64,000 nucleotides of DNA, taken from positions 235,446-299,445 of the forward strand of contig JBKBPM010000001.1 of NCBI GenBank assembly GCA_046293175.1, read 5' to 3'. Under the pieces are notes generated by a model. That model saw only the letters and a program-made list of their open reading frames with translations, ran no database searches and was not told the origin of the DNA. A program made the translations under genes and the position numbers. The DNA is from Minisyncoccia bacterium. GTDB taxonomy: Bacteria; Patescibacteriota; Minisyncoccia; Phycocordibacterales; UBA918. This document shows positions 41,633 to 51,898 of the stretch, piece by piece (the first letter of the stretch is position 1; every line of letters starts with the position of its first letter).

Positions 41633-41694
41633 GACCTGATGTCAGTATCAGGTCTAAGGCCTCCTTGAGCCGATACTTGTATCAGGTCCAAGGC
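41633..41694. repeat. Palindrome GACCTGAT-GTCAGT-ATCAGGTC plus two direct copies of (A/T)GTATCAGGTC(T/C)AAGGC, 1-2 nt after the palindrome end and again 34 nt downstream
   Basis: Read from the sequence. A related motif, GACCTGATCAGGTC-AGGCCTCC, recurs at 51560-51580. Confidence 0.5.
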
Positions 41695-42195
41695 TTACGA
41701 CAGTTTTCTACATGACGTATATATCATCTCAAATGCCCTGCGAGGCTCTATGAGGCGTATACGCCCTCGTATGATGACAGTCTACAAGCGAATATTGGCC
41801 TTAGAAGTATCATCTACGTGAGGTTTGGTATGCATCAGAATTTTCAACAAATCTGACAAAAACTGTCCAAGTGTAATTTTGAAAAAATTTCATCGCGAAT
41901 TTTAGTTCTTATGACTGTGATGACGGCTATGTATATAGCAAACTAAACTTTGCAGTATAAAGACTCGGTAGATCAAGACAGAAAAATGAGTTCAAGTCCC
42001 CCATTTCTCTAATTACAATATTTTTATAAAATGTCAAGTAAAGTAGGGGAGTTACATTTTGATATAGGCAACTCACTTGACCTCATCTCAGTGTGCACAA
42101 ATTGCTGGTGACCCACCTGTCGCTTCCCTTGATGGACTGCCTGTGCTACGCACTACTCCCTTTCGAACTTGGCACCTTCGATTTACTCAAATTTC

Positions 42196-42224
42196 TTGAC
42201 AAAAAAATGCCCCATGATTATATA
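42196..42224 (+). promoter_or_regulatory. Sigma70-like promoter TTGACA-17-TATATA about 225 nt upstream of the GNAT gene
   Basis: Consensus -35 with 17-nt spacing. The leader contains a hairpin at 42386-42424. Confidence 0.45.
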
Positions 42225-42450
42225 GGATTATGAATCACAGATTCGCACAAGTATATAACCAAGATGAACGTCGCCGATTGTGGGGTGGTGGCTTTTCTGC
42301 CGTCAAGCTTGCGATTGTCACACGTGGCCTTGTATATAGCCGTGGAATTTGTATGAAATAATTCTCCTCTAGAAATAAAACCATAAAAATCCCTCGGCTC
42401 GCATAAAAGGCCTGAGGGATTTTATGTGAGCAAAAATCTGTTCTTTCACA

Positions 42451-43107
42451 ATGGAGAAAACCATGACGACCTCTCAAGTTGAACCGAACCGTCACGCCAT
42501 CTTCCTCCCATTTGCCGGCGGCGGCCTCGGTCCTCGGACCAACGATGAATCGATGATCGCCCAGGCGTGGCGAGGTATCAACGATGTCGAGAATCGTATC
42601 TATCTTTTGCGACAGTTTCCACAAACTGAAGCGGCACAGCGCGAGTGGTGGCTCAAGTCTGATACCGACAAAGAACTGGTGTTCGTGATCTATCAAGGCA
42701 AAACCGCCATCGGTACCATGGGCGTCCATCACATCGACTACGTACATGGGCACGCAACTACTAGTACGCTCATCTGGTCTGCCGAGCATCGCAACCAAGG
42801 GATTGCCACCAGGGCCAAGCTCGTACTCCTCGAGTATTTGTTTGATACCTTGAACCTCCGGCGGATCTACTCGCACTACATTGACTACAATGGTCGGAGT
42901 GCTCGGTATAGTGACAAGTGTGGGTATGTCGAGGTTGCTCGACTCCCGGGACACTTTCGGTTTGGTCCAATGTTTGCGGACGAGGTAACGCTCATGTGTG
43001 AGCGCAGTACCTGGCTCCCCTGCTTTGTAAAATACCAAAGTGAGAACCCAGCTCCCCTCACCCGTCCTCAGCTGATTGCCAAACACCGCAAGGCGGTTGG
43101 TAAATAA
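42451..43107 (+). CDS. GNAT family N-acetyltransferase (RimJ/RimL-like)
   Basis: GNAT core IGTMGVHHIDYVHGHATTSTLIWSAEHRNQGIATRA..LRRIYSHYIDYNGRSARYSDKCGY. The start may be the ATG at 42463 (RBS GGAG). The opposite-strand 283-aa ORF is a shadow. Confidence 0.75.
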   Translation: MEKTMTTSQVEPNRHAIFLPFAGGGLGPRTNDESMIAQAWRGINDVENRIYLLRQFPQTEAAQREWWLKSDTDKELVFVIYQGKTAIGTMGVHHIDYVHGHATTSTLIWSAEHRNQGIATRAKLVLLEYLFDTLNLRRIYSHYIDYNGRSARYSDKCGYVEVARLPGHFRFGPMFADEVTLMCERSTWLPCFVKYQSENPAPLTRPQLIAKHRKAVGK

Positions 43108-43112
43108 AACAT

Positions 43113-43145
43113 CACCCGCGCTTACAGGCGCGGGTTTCTCGTTTG
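43113..43145 (+). terminator. Terminator CACCCGCGC-TTACAG-GCGCGGGT followed by TTCTCGTTTG
   Basis: Inverted repeat immediately after the GNAT stop. Confidence 0.6.
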
Positions 43146-43199
43146 TAACGAAATATGAGCTTATTTGCTATACTTATGAAAGTAATCAAGGAGGCCTTG

Positions 43200-43484
43200 A
43201 TGCAGTTCTATAAGATCATCTATCTCCAGGCTGGTGAGGTTCAGATTGGTGTGCTCGGTCTCTATGTGGTCAATAATGAGTCTGTAGGGTCATTTGTACG
43301 AATAGATGGTCATCATTCAGCTGGTTGGACTCTTTCGACAGTACCTTCTTATTTCGTTGGTAATGATTTTGCGCTTCACGATTTACGTCACAAAATTCAA
43401 CGAAACTTTGGTGCTCGTCTCATTGTTCGCTATGACTATGCGGCAAATCTTGATAGCCGACCCAGAGCCGAAGAAGAAAAATAA
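43200..43484 (+). CDS. Hypothetical protein (about 94 aa). The start MQFYK is preceded by RBS AAGGAGG.
   Basis: Strong RBS 6 nt before the ATG at 43200. No family. Confidence 0.45.
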   Translation: MQFYKIIYLQAGEVQIGVLGLYVVNNESVGSFVRIDGHHSAGWTLSTVPSYFVGNDFALHDLRHKIQRNFGARLIVRYDYAANLDSRPRAEEEK

Positions 43485-43507
43485 TGCGGTCCCAAACGGG
43501 ACCGCAT
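43484..43507. terminator. Terminator ATGCGGTCCC-AAAC-GGGACCGCAT between convergent genes
   Basis: Perfect 10-bp inverted repeat. Confidence 0.65.
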
Positions 43508-43514
43508 AGTATTA

Positions 43515-44831
43515 TTAATACGGCGGAAGATAGTTCATTGGGTCGAGGTAGGCTTCGGTGGCGGCTACCGGTGTGGTGGCTGAACCACAACTGGTTGAGG
43601 TCTTAATCTCGTTAAACTGTCGAACGCTTACTCCGTCTTTTGCATAAACAGTAAAGTGGAGGTGAGGACCGGTTGAATAACCGGTATTACCTGTGTACCC
43701 AATAATCTCACCGGTAGCTACTCGCTGGCCAGGAGTGACCGCAATCGTGTCCTGGTGGGCGTAGAGGGTGGAGAGACCGTTGGCGTGATCAATGAGTGTC
43801 CACTTCCCCCATGAGTAACAACCCGGTACCAAGTCGGTGTTCCCGGTAGCTCGTACTGTTCCGGAGAGAGGTGCATAGATAGCGGAGCCGCGCGGTACCC
43901 CAAAGTCGACACCAGGGTGGTAAGCGCGGCCACCGTAGACGCTCGCGTTACGCTTGGCAAACTCAGTACCACCAAAGTACTGGGTGATGACGACGTTTTT
44001 GATTGGCCAGGCAAATACTGCCGTACCAGCTGCAGGAATAGTAGTTGGATCAAGGATAAATTGCAGTTTAGCTTCAAAACTACGCATCTCAGCAGTGATT
44101 TGTTCACGAGCAGCTTGCTTAGCTTTGATGATTTTTTGATACTCACTTTCTTTGTTTTTGGTAGCGGCTAAGAGTTGAGTTCGTTCAGCTTTGTTGTTGG
44201 CGAGTACGGTACTCTGGTTACCATACTGGTCTTTAAGATCGACGAGTGCCCCACGGCGATCCTCGGTGGCGTCACGTTTTTCATCAAGTGCGAGCTTCAG
44301 CGAGTCAAGTTTCTTAACTTTCTCAGCCATACTACTTTGAATCTGTAGCATCATATCAAGCTGTGACCAAAAATCCGAAAGGTGTTTATGTTGCAGCATC
44401 ACTTCGATCATACTCATTTGTTCGGTCTTGTAGCTCCGTCGAATAATCTCACTGATAGCAGCTTTTTGTTTATCAATATCATTTTCAGTCGCTTCGATTT
44501 CTAGAATAAGCTGTGAGAGTTCGAGGTCGGTGGCTGCAATTTTGTTTTCGGTGTAGCGGATATCAGCTTGCACTTTCTTACGTTCGAGTTCAAGCTGGTT
44601 AATGGCTTTTTGGAGTGTGTTCTTTTCGGCGCCAACTTTTTTGAGATCTTGTTCAAATTGGGCAATTTCTTTTTCGATATCAAGGAGACGCTGACTGCGG
44701 TCATTGATCTCCTGTTTCAACTTATCAACTTCAGATGATTGTGCCGACACAGAAAAGGCGCCAGCAAACAAAAGTGGCAACACTAAGACCCCGTAGACAA
44801 AAGCTAGTCTGTGATGAACAACACTATCCAT
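43515..44831 (-). CDS. M23 family metallopeptidase (EnvC/NlpD-like) with signal peptide and long N-terminal coiled coil
   Basis: Coiled-coil N-terminal half. M23 motifs HPGVDFGVPRGSAIYAPLSGTV and GNTGYSTGPHLHFTVY. Confidence 0.8.
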   Translation of the reverse strand: MDSVVHHRLAFVYGVLVLPLLFAGAFSVSAQSSEVDKLKQEINDRSQRLLDIEKEIAQFEQDLKKVGAEKNTLQKAINQLELERKKVQADIRYTENKIAATDLELSQLILEIEATENDIDKQKAAISEIIRRSYKTEQMSMIEVMLQHKHLSDFWSQLDMMLQIQSSMAEKVKKLDSLKLALDEKRDATEDRRGALVDLKDQYGNQSTVLANNKAERTQLLAATKNKESEYQKIIKAKQAAREQITAEMRSFEAKLQFILDPTTIPAAGTAVFAWPIKNVVITQYFGGTEFAKRNASVYGGRAYHPGVDFGVPRGSAIYAPLSGTVRATGNTDLVPGCYSWGKWTLIDHANGLSTLYAHQDTIAVTPGQRVATGEIIGYTGNTGYSTGPHLHFTVYAKDGVSVRQFNEIKTSTSCGSATTPVAATEAYLDPMNYLPPY

Positions 44832-46185
44832 TACGGATTATTTTATCACAAGCAGTGACAATTCTCGTCAAAGTTTCCTGTTGACCAAGAATATAGGCGA
44901 TGGTAAAGGGGTCTGGCGACTGGGCACGGCCGGATAAAGCCGTCCGGAGTGGCCATAAAACAACTGCCTTGCCTGCTGATTCAGCGTATGGCCAAATCAA
45001 TGCCTTAATTGCCTCAGGAGACGAAAAATCAGCGCTGGCGAGGCTATGAAGGACCGCCTGGAGGTGTGGAATGACTTCTTTTGGTTCGGTGACTCCCTTG
45101 GGTATCAGTAAGGATGCTTCATAAATAGGGGTGCTAAAGGCAAAGTCATACTCCCCTGCCTCGACATTAGCAATGAATTCTTGTCGGACAGAAATGCGCT
45201 CTCGGATAGTTGGTAAGAGTTTGGTGAATTTTTCATCGCTGTAGCCAGGCATTTCGGTGAGTCTGGTTGGGATGTCAGCTTTGATGTAGTCGCGAAAAGC
45301 TTCCTCGGAAAGCTTGTTAAGGTGCTCGCGATTAAACCACAAGAACTTGTCACGATTAAATACTGCCCCACTCTTCTGAACATGGGTAATATCAAACCGC
45401 TTAACGAGTTCATCAAGGGTAAAAAGTTCTTCGTCTGTGCCAGGGTTCCAGCCGAGGAGGGCGAGGTAATTAATAATCGCGGAATCAAGAAAACCTTCCT
45501 GTCGGTAGCTCTCGATGGATACTGCACCATGTCGTTTAGACATCTTTGATCGATCGGGTGCGAGAATAAGAGGTAAGTGGGCGTAAATCGGTCGGGTAAA
45601 ACCGAGTGCTTCTTGAATAAGAATCTGCCGTGGGGTGTTTGAGATATGGTCTTCTCCACGAATAACGTGGGTAACACCCATCAGCGCGTCGTCAACTACG
45701 ACCGCGAAGTGGTAAAGCGCGTCATCAACAGAACGTGCTATGACGATATCACCGAGCTCGGTAGTATTGAAAGTAATATCACCACGCACGAGGTCATTAA
45801 ATGTGATGTCTTTGTTTGGGTTACGTAACCGAACCACCTCTACCATGACCGTCGCGTCGGCTTTACTTGGTTCTTTTGAGATGTATGCGCTGCCGTTTGC
45901 GATTGCACGCTCGAGGTGCTCACGGTAAATGTGCGCTCGTTCTGATTGACGGACTATTTTACCGTCATCATTTTCCCAGGTAAGACCAAGGCTTAAAAGT
46001 CCATTGATGATTTCGTTTTCAAAAGCTTTGGTGCTGCGCGCTTTGTCCGTGTCTTCACTACGAAAGACCATATGGCCGCCGTGATGTTTGGCAAAGAGAT
46101 AGTTAAAAAGTGCCGTGCGGACAGTACCGATGTGGAGTTTGCCGGTTGGGCTTGGTGGAATGCGAGTGATAACAGTGTCTGACAT
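44824..46185 (-). CDS. gltX: Glutamate--tRNA ligase
   Basis: HIGH motif (PSPTGKLHIGTVRTALFNY) and KMSKRHG (KMSKS). 453 aa. Confidence 0.9.
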   Translation of the reverse strand: MSDTVITRIPPSPTGKLHIGTVRTALFNYLFAKHHGGHMVFRSEDTDKARSTKAFENEIINGLLSLGLTWENDDGKIVRQSERAHIYREHLERAIANGSAYISKEPSKADATVMVEVVRLRNPNKDITFNDLVRGDITFNTTELGDIVIARSVDDALYHFAVVVDDALMGVTHVIRGEDHISNTPRQILIQEALGFTRPIYAHLPLILAPDRSKMSKRHGAVSIESYRQEGFLDSAIINYLALLGWNPGTDEELFTLDELVKRFDITHVQKSGAVFNRDKFLWFNREHLNKLSEEAFRDYIKADIPTRLTEMPGYSDEKFTKLLPTIRERISVRQEFIANVEAGEYDFAFSTPIYEASLLIPKGVTEPKEVIPHLQAVLHSLASADFSSPEAIKALIWPYAESAGKAVVLWPLRTALSGRAQSPDPFTIAYILGQQETLTRIVTACDKIIRNG

Positions 46186-46191
46186 ATTGTT

Positions 46192-47307
46192 TTAGATAGA
46201 TCCGTGTTCTTGTGCTATAGCAATGAGGATTTGCGCAATCTGGTTGGCAGCGTGTGGGGTCGCAAAGGTGCGAGCGGCTCGACTCATAGCCTCATAACGA
46301 ACGGGGTCCCCCATAATAGACTGTATTTCTGAGGTAAGCAAATACGGTGTGAGATTCCCCTCTTCCATCACGGTGGCAGCGCCGGAACGGGCATAGGCGT
46401 AGGCATTGGTGCGCTGATCGTGACTGATTTCCTCAGGGATAGGTATCACAATCGCGGGAGTACCATGGAGGGCGATTTCAAAGAGGGTGGTACTCCCTGC
46501 TCTGGTAATAACAAGACTTGCCGCCTCAAATAAAGCTGACATCGTTTCAGCGTCCATAGTTCCTTTCACAAAATAGCGTTCAAGCAAGTTTTTGTCCGCA
46601 ACCAAAGCTTGTGAGGTTTGAATCACTACTTTCTCCTCAGTCGGGCCAGTTTGGTGAAAGACGGTGAATTGAGGCAAGAGCTGGGTAAGACTATTGAGAA
46701 TAAAATTATTGATGCGTATAGCACCGAGTGATCCGCCAGTTACAAAGATGATTGGTCGGTCTTTTGGTACACCTAAAAACTTGTGTGGGTTTGGGTGTGG
46801 TGTCTGCAGACTTTTTCGAATCGGAATACCAACGAGGGCAGTTTTTTCAGCTGGAAAATATTCTGCGGCACTTGCGTACGCGATACCGATATAGCGAGCG
46901 AATTTCTTTGCGAGGTTACTGGCGCGTCCGGGCTTACTATCAGACTCATGGATGACTACAGGAATCCGATAAAAACGCGCCATAAGGAGCATTGGGACAC
47001 TTGTATAGCCACCCTTACTAAAGAGGACGTCTGGGTAAAGGACAAAAAGTTTGTACCAAGCGACAAAGAGGCCGCCAATGGTACGGAAGATATCGGTGAA
47101 ATTTTCAATAGCAAAATACCGTCGGACTTTACCAGCCGGACAAGAGACGAAGTTGATATTGAGACGAGTAAGTTCTGCAGCGTTGTACTCGTGTGGTCCA
47201 AAATAGTAGAGCTCAGCGGTTGGATAGATATCACGAATAGCTTCAGCCACTGCAATGAGTGGATAAAAGTGTCCGCCGGTACCGCCACCAACAAGTGCTA
47301 TCTTCAT
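46192..47307 (-). CDS. murG: UDP-N-acetylglucosamine--N-acetylmuramyl-(pentapeptide) pyrophosphoryl-undecaprenol N-acetylglucosamine transferase MurG
   Basis: MKIALVGGGTGGHFYPLIAVAEAI G-loop motif; glycosyltransferase family 28. Confidence 0.85.
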   Translation of the reverse strand: MKIALVGGGTGGHFYPLIAVAEAIRDIYPTAELYYFGPHEYNAAELTRLNINFVSCPAGKVRRYFAIENFTDIFRTIGGLFVAWYKLFVLYPDVLFSKGGYTSVPMLLMARFYRIPVVIHESDSKPGRASNLAKKFARYIGIAYASAAEYFPAEKTALVGIPIRKSLQTPHPNPHKFLGVPKDRPIIFVTGGSLGAIRINNFILNSLTQLLPQFTVFHQTGPTEEKVVIQTSQALVADKNLLERYFVKGTMDAETMSALFEAASLVITRAGSTTLFEIALHGTPAIVIPIPEEISHDQRTNAYAYARSGAATVMEEGNLTPYLLTSEIQSIMGDPVRYEAMSRAARTFATPHAANQIAQILIAIAQEHGSI

Positions 47308-47321
47308 ATCTGGTAATACTA

Positions 47322-48440
47322 TCACGCGCCTCGCTTGGTTTCCCGGTATTTTGACACATTAAGGACGATACCAACCATAGTGAGGGTGGCAAGAAGTGCT
47401 GTACCGCCATGACTGATAAATGGTAGCGGAAGTCCCGAGAGTGGCGCGACACCAAGCATGGCACCTATATTGAGAAAGGCTTGGCAGATGATGAGTGTCA
47501 TAAAACCAACAACAAGGAGTGTCCCAAACAAATCAGGTGCTTGTCCGGCAATCTTGTAGCCGCGTAAGGTAAAGCCTAGGTACAGAAGGATAAGGAGACT
47601 TGAACCCATAAAACCAAATTCTTCGGCATATACCGCAAAAATCGAGTCACCAATTGGTTCAGGTAAGTACTCAAACTTTTGAATACTCTGCCCAAAGCCA
47701 CGACCGGAAAAACCACCCGAGCCAACCGCAATCAGAGACTGCTGAATCTGATACCCACTACCAAGCGGATCTCGCTCGGGATGGAGGAAAGTAGTGAGGC
47801 GATCCATGATGTATGGACGCACCATTGCCACGATGGCAAGGAGAAGCACTGCTGACAAAAACATGAGCCCCACATCCCGCCATCGGCCACCAGCAGTCAC
47901 AAACATCGCCATAGCAGCAGCGCCCATAATTAAGAAGGTATCAGTGTCTGGTTGTAAGAGCATGACGATCCCAACACTCCCAACTATCGCAACAAACGGC
48001 AATGTGCCTTTGATTGTATCGGTAATTACATCACGCATCCCCGAGAGCCAGGTAGCGACGTAGATGATGAACCCAAGCTTCAGCAGCTCAGCTGGTTGAA
48101 GTGTAAAACCACCAATAGAAATCCAGCGAGTCGCTCCCCCGTGTGTCATACCAAGTCCTGGGATAAACACGGCGAGTGTGAGGAGTATCGTCAAAAGAAA
48201 GATATAAAATGCATAGCGGCGGAGGTGTCGGTAGTGGAGCTGCGACATCGCAAAAAGGGCTATTCCCCCACCGAGGATACCAAAGAGAAACTGACTGGTC
48301 GCGACACTGCCAAAGCTTGCGCCATCGCGCGCCAGGAGGCCGAGTGAAGCGGAGGAGAAAATCAAAAAACCAAACCCCACGAGGAGAGCGACAAATAAGG
48401 CGAGGACCTTGTCGATGGATTTGTTTGGTTGGTTTTTCAT
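47322..48440 (-). CDS. ftsW: SEDS family peptidoglycan polymerase FtsW/RodA
   Basis: Ten TM helices and conserved SEDS motifs. Lies between murG and mraY. Confidence 0.85.
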   Translation of the reverse strand: MKNQPNKSIDKVLALFVALLVGFGFLIFSSASLGLLARDGASFGSVATSQFLFGILGGGIALFAMSQLHYRHLRRYAFYIFLLTILLTLAVFIPGLGMTHGGATRWISIGGFTLQPAELLKLGFIIYVATWLSGMRDVITDTIKGTLPFVAIVGSVGIVMLLQPDTDTFLIMGAAAMAMFVTAGGRWRDVGLMFLSAVLLLAIVAMVRPYIMDRLTTFLHPERDPLGSGYQIQQSLIAVGSGGFSGRGFGQSIQKFEYLPEPIGDSIFAVYAEEFGFMGSSLLILLYLGFTLRGYKIAGQAPDLFGTLLVVGFMTLIICQAFLNIGAMLGVAPLSGLPLPFISHGGTALLATLTMVGIVLNVSKYRETKRGA

Positions 48441-48607
48441 AAAAAAGTTTTTTAATTCGTTCTGTTGCCACTATAGAGTATGTTCAGAATGATGTCAGAC
48501 AAGGTATGCGAAGAAGGAATCGTGAGACGTGACGTATGTATTGTACGATGAATGGTTCCGACTAAAGTACAACAAAGTATGGCAGTATTTCTGGACCTAC
48601 TCTTACG

Positions 48608-49666
48608 TTACATGATAGTTGCCAAGACAAGGCCTGATACTGCACATATGATGCTGATAACCCAATACCGCATGGTCACCTTCGTACTCGGCCAACCGAT
48701 CGCTTCAAAGTGGTGATGAAGTGGTGCAATACGGAAAAGTTTCCTTCCTGTCACTTTGCGGTACGAAAGCTGAAGAACATTTGAAACGACGGTAGCAACC
48801 AGAGGAAGTCCAATAATTGGTAAAAGTGCAATCCCGTGTCCTTCACCTAGTTCATCGGTCATAAAGACTATTACCGCCAGTGACAGGGTGAGCGACATCG
48901 AACCGGTCTCTGTCATCCAGAAGCGAGCAGGTGGAATATTAAACCAGAGGAAGGCCAAGATGCCGCCAGCGATGGTGGCACAGAGTGCAGCGATATCATA
49001 CTGCGACTGTACAAAGGCTACACCAGCATACGACAAGAAGACAGCGGTAAAAACTCCACCGGAGAGACCATCAATCCCATCGATAACGCCACTAGCGTAG
49101 AGTGAGATGGTTAAAAAGATAAAAAGCGGTATGATAAGCCATCCGACATACATTGCTCCATCAAACGGAATACCAATAGCGTCTACGCCAAGCTTGGCAT
49201 AAAACCAGTACCCAATTCCTCCAGCAAGTACAGAAATGATAATAAGACGGATCTTGAGTGAAAGTCCTTTGCCACCATGCACGACGTCGTAATAGTCATT
49301 TAAAAAACCAATACTCGCTCCAATCATGAGTGCGGCGACAGGTATCCAGGTCTGTGCGCGACTAAGGAAATATACCGCCGCCCACTGGCTGGCTGGAAAG
49401 ATGATCTCGATCAAGCCCAGTGCGACAATCGTCAATAGTACACTCACCCATATCACAATCCCACCCATTCGTGGTGTCTTTACTTCCCCGTCACCCTTAA
49501 GACGGTTAAACTCAGTTGCTACATGTCCGCCCATGGCGGTTTTGCCACCCTGCTTCTTCCAGACCTTATACTTGAAAAGGTAGTGGGTAATGAGTGGTGT
49601 GATAATGAGGCCAATCACAAAGGCCATAATCGCCGGGACAAACACTTTGATAATTGGGTATTCCAT
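48608..49666 (-). CDS. mraY: Phospho-N-acetylmuramoyl-pentapeptide-transferase MraY
   Basis: MraY motifs NDYYDVVHG..., DGIDGL, and LHHHFE. Confidence 0.9.
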   Translation of the reverse strand: MEYPIIKVFVPAIMAFVIGLIITPLITHYLFKYKVWKKQGGKTAMGGHVATEFNRLKGDGEVKTPRMGGIVIWVSVLLTIVALGLIEIIFPASQWAAVYFLSRAQTWIPVAALMIGASIGFLNDYYDVVHGGKGLSLKIRLIIISVLAGGIGYWFYAKLGVDAIGIPFDGAMYVGWLIIPLFIFLTISLYASGVIDGIDGLSGGVFTAVFLSYAGVAFVQSQYDIAALCATIAGGILAFLWFNIPPARFWMTETGSMSLTLSLAVIVFMTDELGEGHGIALLPIIGLPLVATVVSNVLQLSYRKVTGRKLFRIAPLHHHFEAIGWPSTKVTMRYWVISIICAVSGLVLATIM

Positions 49667-49677
49667 AGACGTGTAGA

Positions 49678-50685
49678 TTATAGCGATTTCTCGGCTTCTC
49701 TAAAGGCCTTCTGCACACTCTTTGTGAGTGCGAGCACGTCACTAAAGCGATCTTCATAGGTTGAACCAAGTACCGTGATGATAACCGGTCGGTTGTACCC
49801 AGCGTCAAATGCGATGGTGAGATTCCCTTGTGCTAGGTCGGTGTAGCCAGTTTTTGAACCAATGAGCCCGGGAATAGCAAAAATATCTGGGTTGGTGTTT
49901 TCAGCTTCATGATATGTACCATCGATGGCCACAATTCGGTCGTACGCTTTGGTTGTGGGTGCAAGAATATCTGGGTAGTTACGAAGGATGTAGCTCATGA
50001 GGAACGTCACGTCTCGCGCACTTCCGTAAGCGCCCGCTTCTGTAGGTGATATATCAAGCCCGGTAGCGTTGTAAAACGTAAATGATTCAAGTTCGAGCTC
50101 TTCGGCAGTGATGTTCATTGCTTCGACAAAGGCTCGTCCACCTTCGTTCTCGACTAGTATGTTCCCTACCCCATTGGCGAGCGTGTACGCCGCATCATTA
50201 GAGGAAGCGAGCATGGCGTAGTCGCGGAGTTCTTTGGCGATAAGTGTTTCGCCTGCCCGTAGCCCACTAGCACTTGCCTGGGTGGTGGCGCGTTCGGGGA
50301 CGCGCAGATGCGTATCATCAGTCACGAGCTCCCTGGCAACGAGTGCGGTCATAAGCTTCGTGATAGAGGCAAGTGGGAGGCTTTCGTCGGCGTTTTTGTT
50401 ATAGAGGGCGCGATTGCCAACCACATCATAGACGTAGACAGCGTGCGCTTGTAGTGGTGGCGGTGTGATCTCTGGTATGATCGGTATTTCGTCAGCGGTG
50501 GCAGTCATCGCAGCCATATTGTTGCTTGGTGACCCTGGTTTATCGTTGAAGATATACGGTACAACTACGCCACCGAGGAGTCCGCCAAGAACTGCCATAA
50601 GGACGAGAAATTGGGCTAACGCTGGAAAACGTCGCTCTTGTTTATAAGGAGTAGTTGCAACATCAATGAATTCGCCGTCACTCAT
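49678..50685 (-). CDS. D-alanyl-D-alanine carboxypeptidase (S11, PBP5/DacA-like) with N-terminal membrane anchor
   Basis: SxxK (LASITKLMT), SxN (ASSNDAAY) and KTG (SKTGYT) motifs. Confidence 0.75.
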   Translation of the reverse strand: MSDGEFIDVATTPYKQERRFPALAQFLVLMAVLGGLLGGVVVPYIFNDKPGSPSNNMAAMTATADEIPIIPEITPPPLQAHAVYVYDVVGNRALYNKNADESLPLASITKLMTALVARELVTDDTHLRVPERATTQASASGLRAGETLIAKELRDYAMLASSNDAAYTLANGVGNILVENEGGRAFVEAMNITAEELELESFTFYNATGLDISPTEAGAYGSARDVTFLMSYILRNYPDILAPTTKAYDRIVAIDGTYHEAENTNPDIFAIPGLIGSKTGYTDLAQGNLTIAFDAGYNRPVIITVLGSTYEDRFSDVLALTKSVQKAFREAEKSL

Positions 50686-51272
50686 AGGCTCTCTTTAACT
50701 ATCGCTTCGTCCGTCTCGTCGATATCATCAGCAACACTATCATTTTCGGCTGCATGTTCAGCGGTGAAAGTCTCAAGGGCATCAGTAATACGTGCGAAAT
50801 CGGTAAGAGCTTCCTTCCGGTCGACGCCGAGGTGAGCGAGGAGGCTCGGGGTCGCTTTAAAGAGGTAGCCACTACCCTGCTTTTCGCCACGTTCAATAAG
50901 TCCGCGAATGAGGAGGTTACGAAGAATGAATGATGAGTTTACACCTCGGATTTTGTCTATATCACTGCGGGAAATTGGACCACGATAGAGAATGATGGCG
51001 AGCGTTTCCGCTCCAGCTTTACCGATATCGCTTTTGATATCTTGTTTGCGTAGTTCTTCAATAAAAGGTGCAAGGATTGGTGCGGTCACGAGTTCAATGT
51101 CAGTATCAGTTTCAAGGAGGCGGGTGGCACCGGCTTCGAGACGGCCCCGGAGTGTATCTAGGGTGGTACGGAGGTCTTCGTCGGATACACCAAACTGCTT
51201 CGCGAGCTGCGCTTTTTTGAGCGGTTGCGACTTATAGAAAAGCAGTCCTTCGATGAGGATATCGAGTGGCAT
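50682..51272 (-). CDS. scpB: Segregation and condensation protein B (ScpB)
   Basis: Tandem winged-helix motifs: LIEGLLFYKSQPLKKAQLAK and RGPISRSDIDKIRGVNSSFILRNLLIRGLIE. Confidence 0.8.
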   Translation of the reverse strand: MPLDILIEGLLFYKSQPLKKAQLAKQFGVSDEDLRTTLDTLRGRLEAGATRLLETDTDIELVTAPILAPFIEELRKQDIKSDIGKAGAETLAIILYRGPISRSDIDKIRGVNSSFILRNLLIRGLIERGEKQGSGYLFKATPSLLAHLGVDRKEALTDFARITDALETFTAEHAAENDSVADDIDETDEAIVKESL

Positions 51273-51292
51273 ATGTCCTACCAGTGTAGCAC

Positions 51293-51333
51293 AAAACCGG
51301 CACGAAAAAACCTTGTTTTTTCGTGCCGGTTTG
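51293..51333. terminator. Perfect 18-bp-stem hairpin AAAACCGGCACGAAAAAA-CCTT-GTTTTTTCGTGCCGGTTT
   Basis: Inverted repeat read from the sequence, 20 nt upstream of the scpB start. Candidate bidirectional terminator or attenuator. Confidence 0.6.
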
Positions 51334-51362
51334 TTGACAACCTCACCACCTTCTGGCCTAGC

Positions 51363-51391
51363 TTGACTTTATAGCAGAAGTATGCTATTGT
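51363..51391 (+). promoter_or_regulatory. Sigma70-like promoter TTGACT-17-TATTGT
   Basis: Hexamers and spacing read from the sequence. Faces the GC-rich element. Confidence 0.4.
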
Positions 51392-51397
51392 AGTACA

Positions 51398-51700
51398 TAC
51401 CTGCAAGCAATTCCGCTTTGTTAGGTAGATGGAGGTTCTCATCATGTTCTTCGACCCCGGTGGGCATTCGCCCATGCTGAGCAATGGCTATTCCGACTTC
51501 GGCGCGCTGGGCGACATCGACCCGGGCTCCGGCGGCAACACGCCGGCCATTGTTTCGCTGACCTGATCAGGTCAGGCCTCCGACCTCTTGGAGAATTGCG
51601 TTCAGCAGACAACTGATCCGCAATAATCCAAGAACGTCGTAGCTTGAAGGGCTTAACCCTTTCCCCTCGTTTGCTTGCAGACGGGGGGTTTTTAACTTTT
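51398..51700 (+). ncRNA. Candidate structured RNA or small-peptide locus: about 300 nt, locally GC-rich (about 60% vs about 45% for the genome). Contains a 39-codon ORF (51443-51562) with a GGAGG RBS, the GACCTGATCAGGTC palindrome, and a terminator-like CCCCTCG..CGGGGGGTTTTT at about 51665-51700.
   Basis: Promoter upstream and hairpin plus T-run downstream. GC composition is atypical for intergenic DNA here. The peptide MFFDPGGHSPMLSNGYSDFGALGDIDPGSGGNTPAIVSLT was hand-translated. Identity undetermined. Confidence 0.3.
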
Positions 51701-51800
51701 AAGTAAACATAGTTTGTACGAGGTCTCGCCTCGTACTTGGAAAAGTGTGTTGAAATTTTATCCCCAGACCTTGCCTCGGGAATTTTTATTCACAGATAAG

Positions 51801-51836
51801 CAAAACCTTTCTATCATATATGATAGAAAGGTTTTG
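51801..51836. terminator. Perfect 36-nt palindrome CAAAACCTTTCTATCATA/TATGATAGAAAGGTTTTG, terminator downstream of scpA
   Basis: 16-bp arms, about 60 nt after the scpA stop codon. Confidence 0.6.
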
Positions 51837-51898
51837 GAATCAGTTTCTTCTGTTTCATTTTCTCTATTCAAACTTTGATATTCCGTCTTCACTATTCA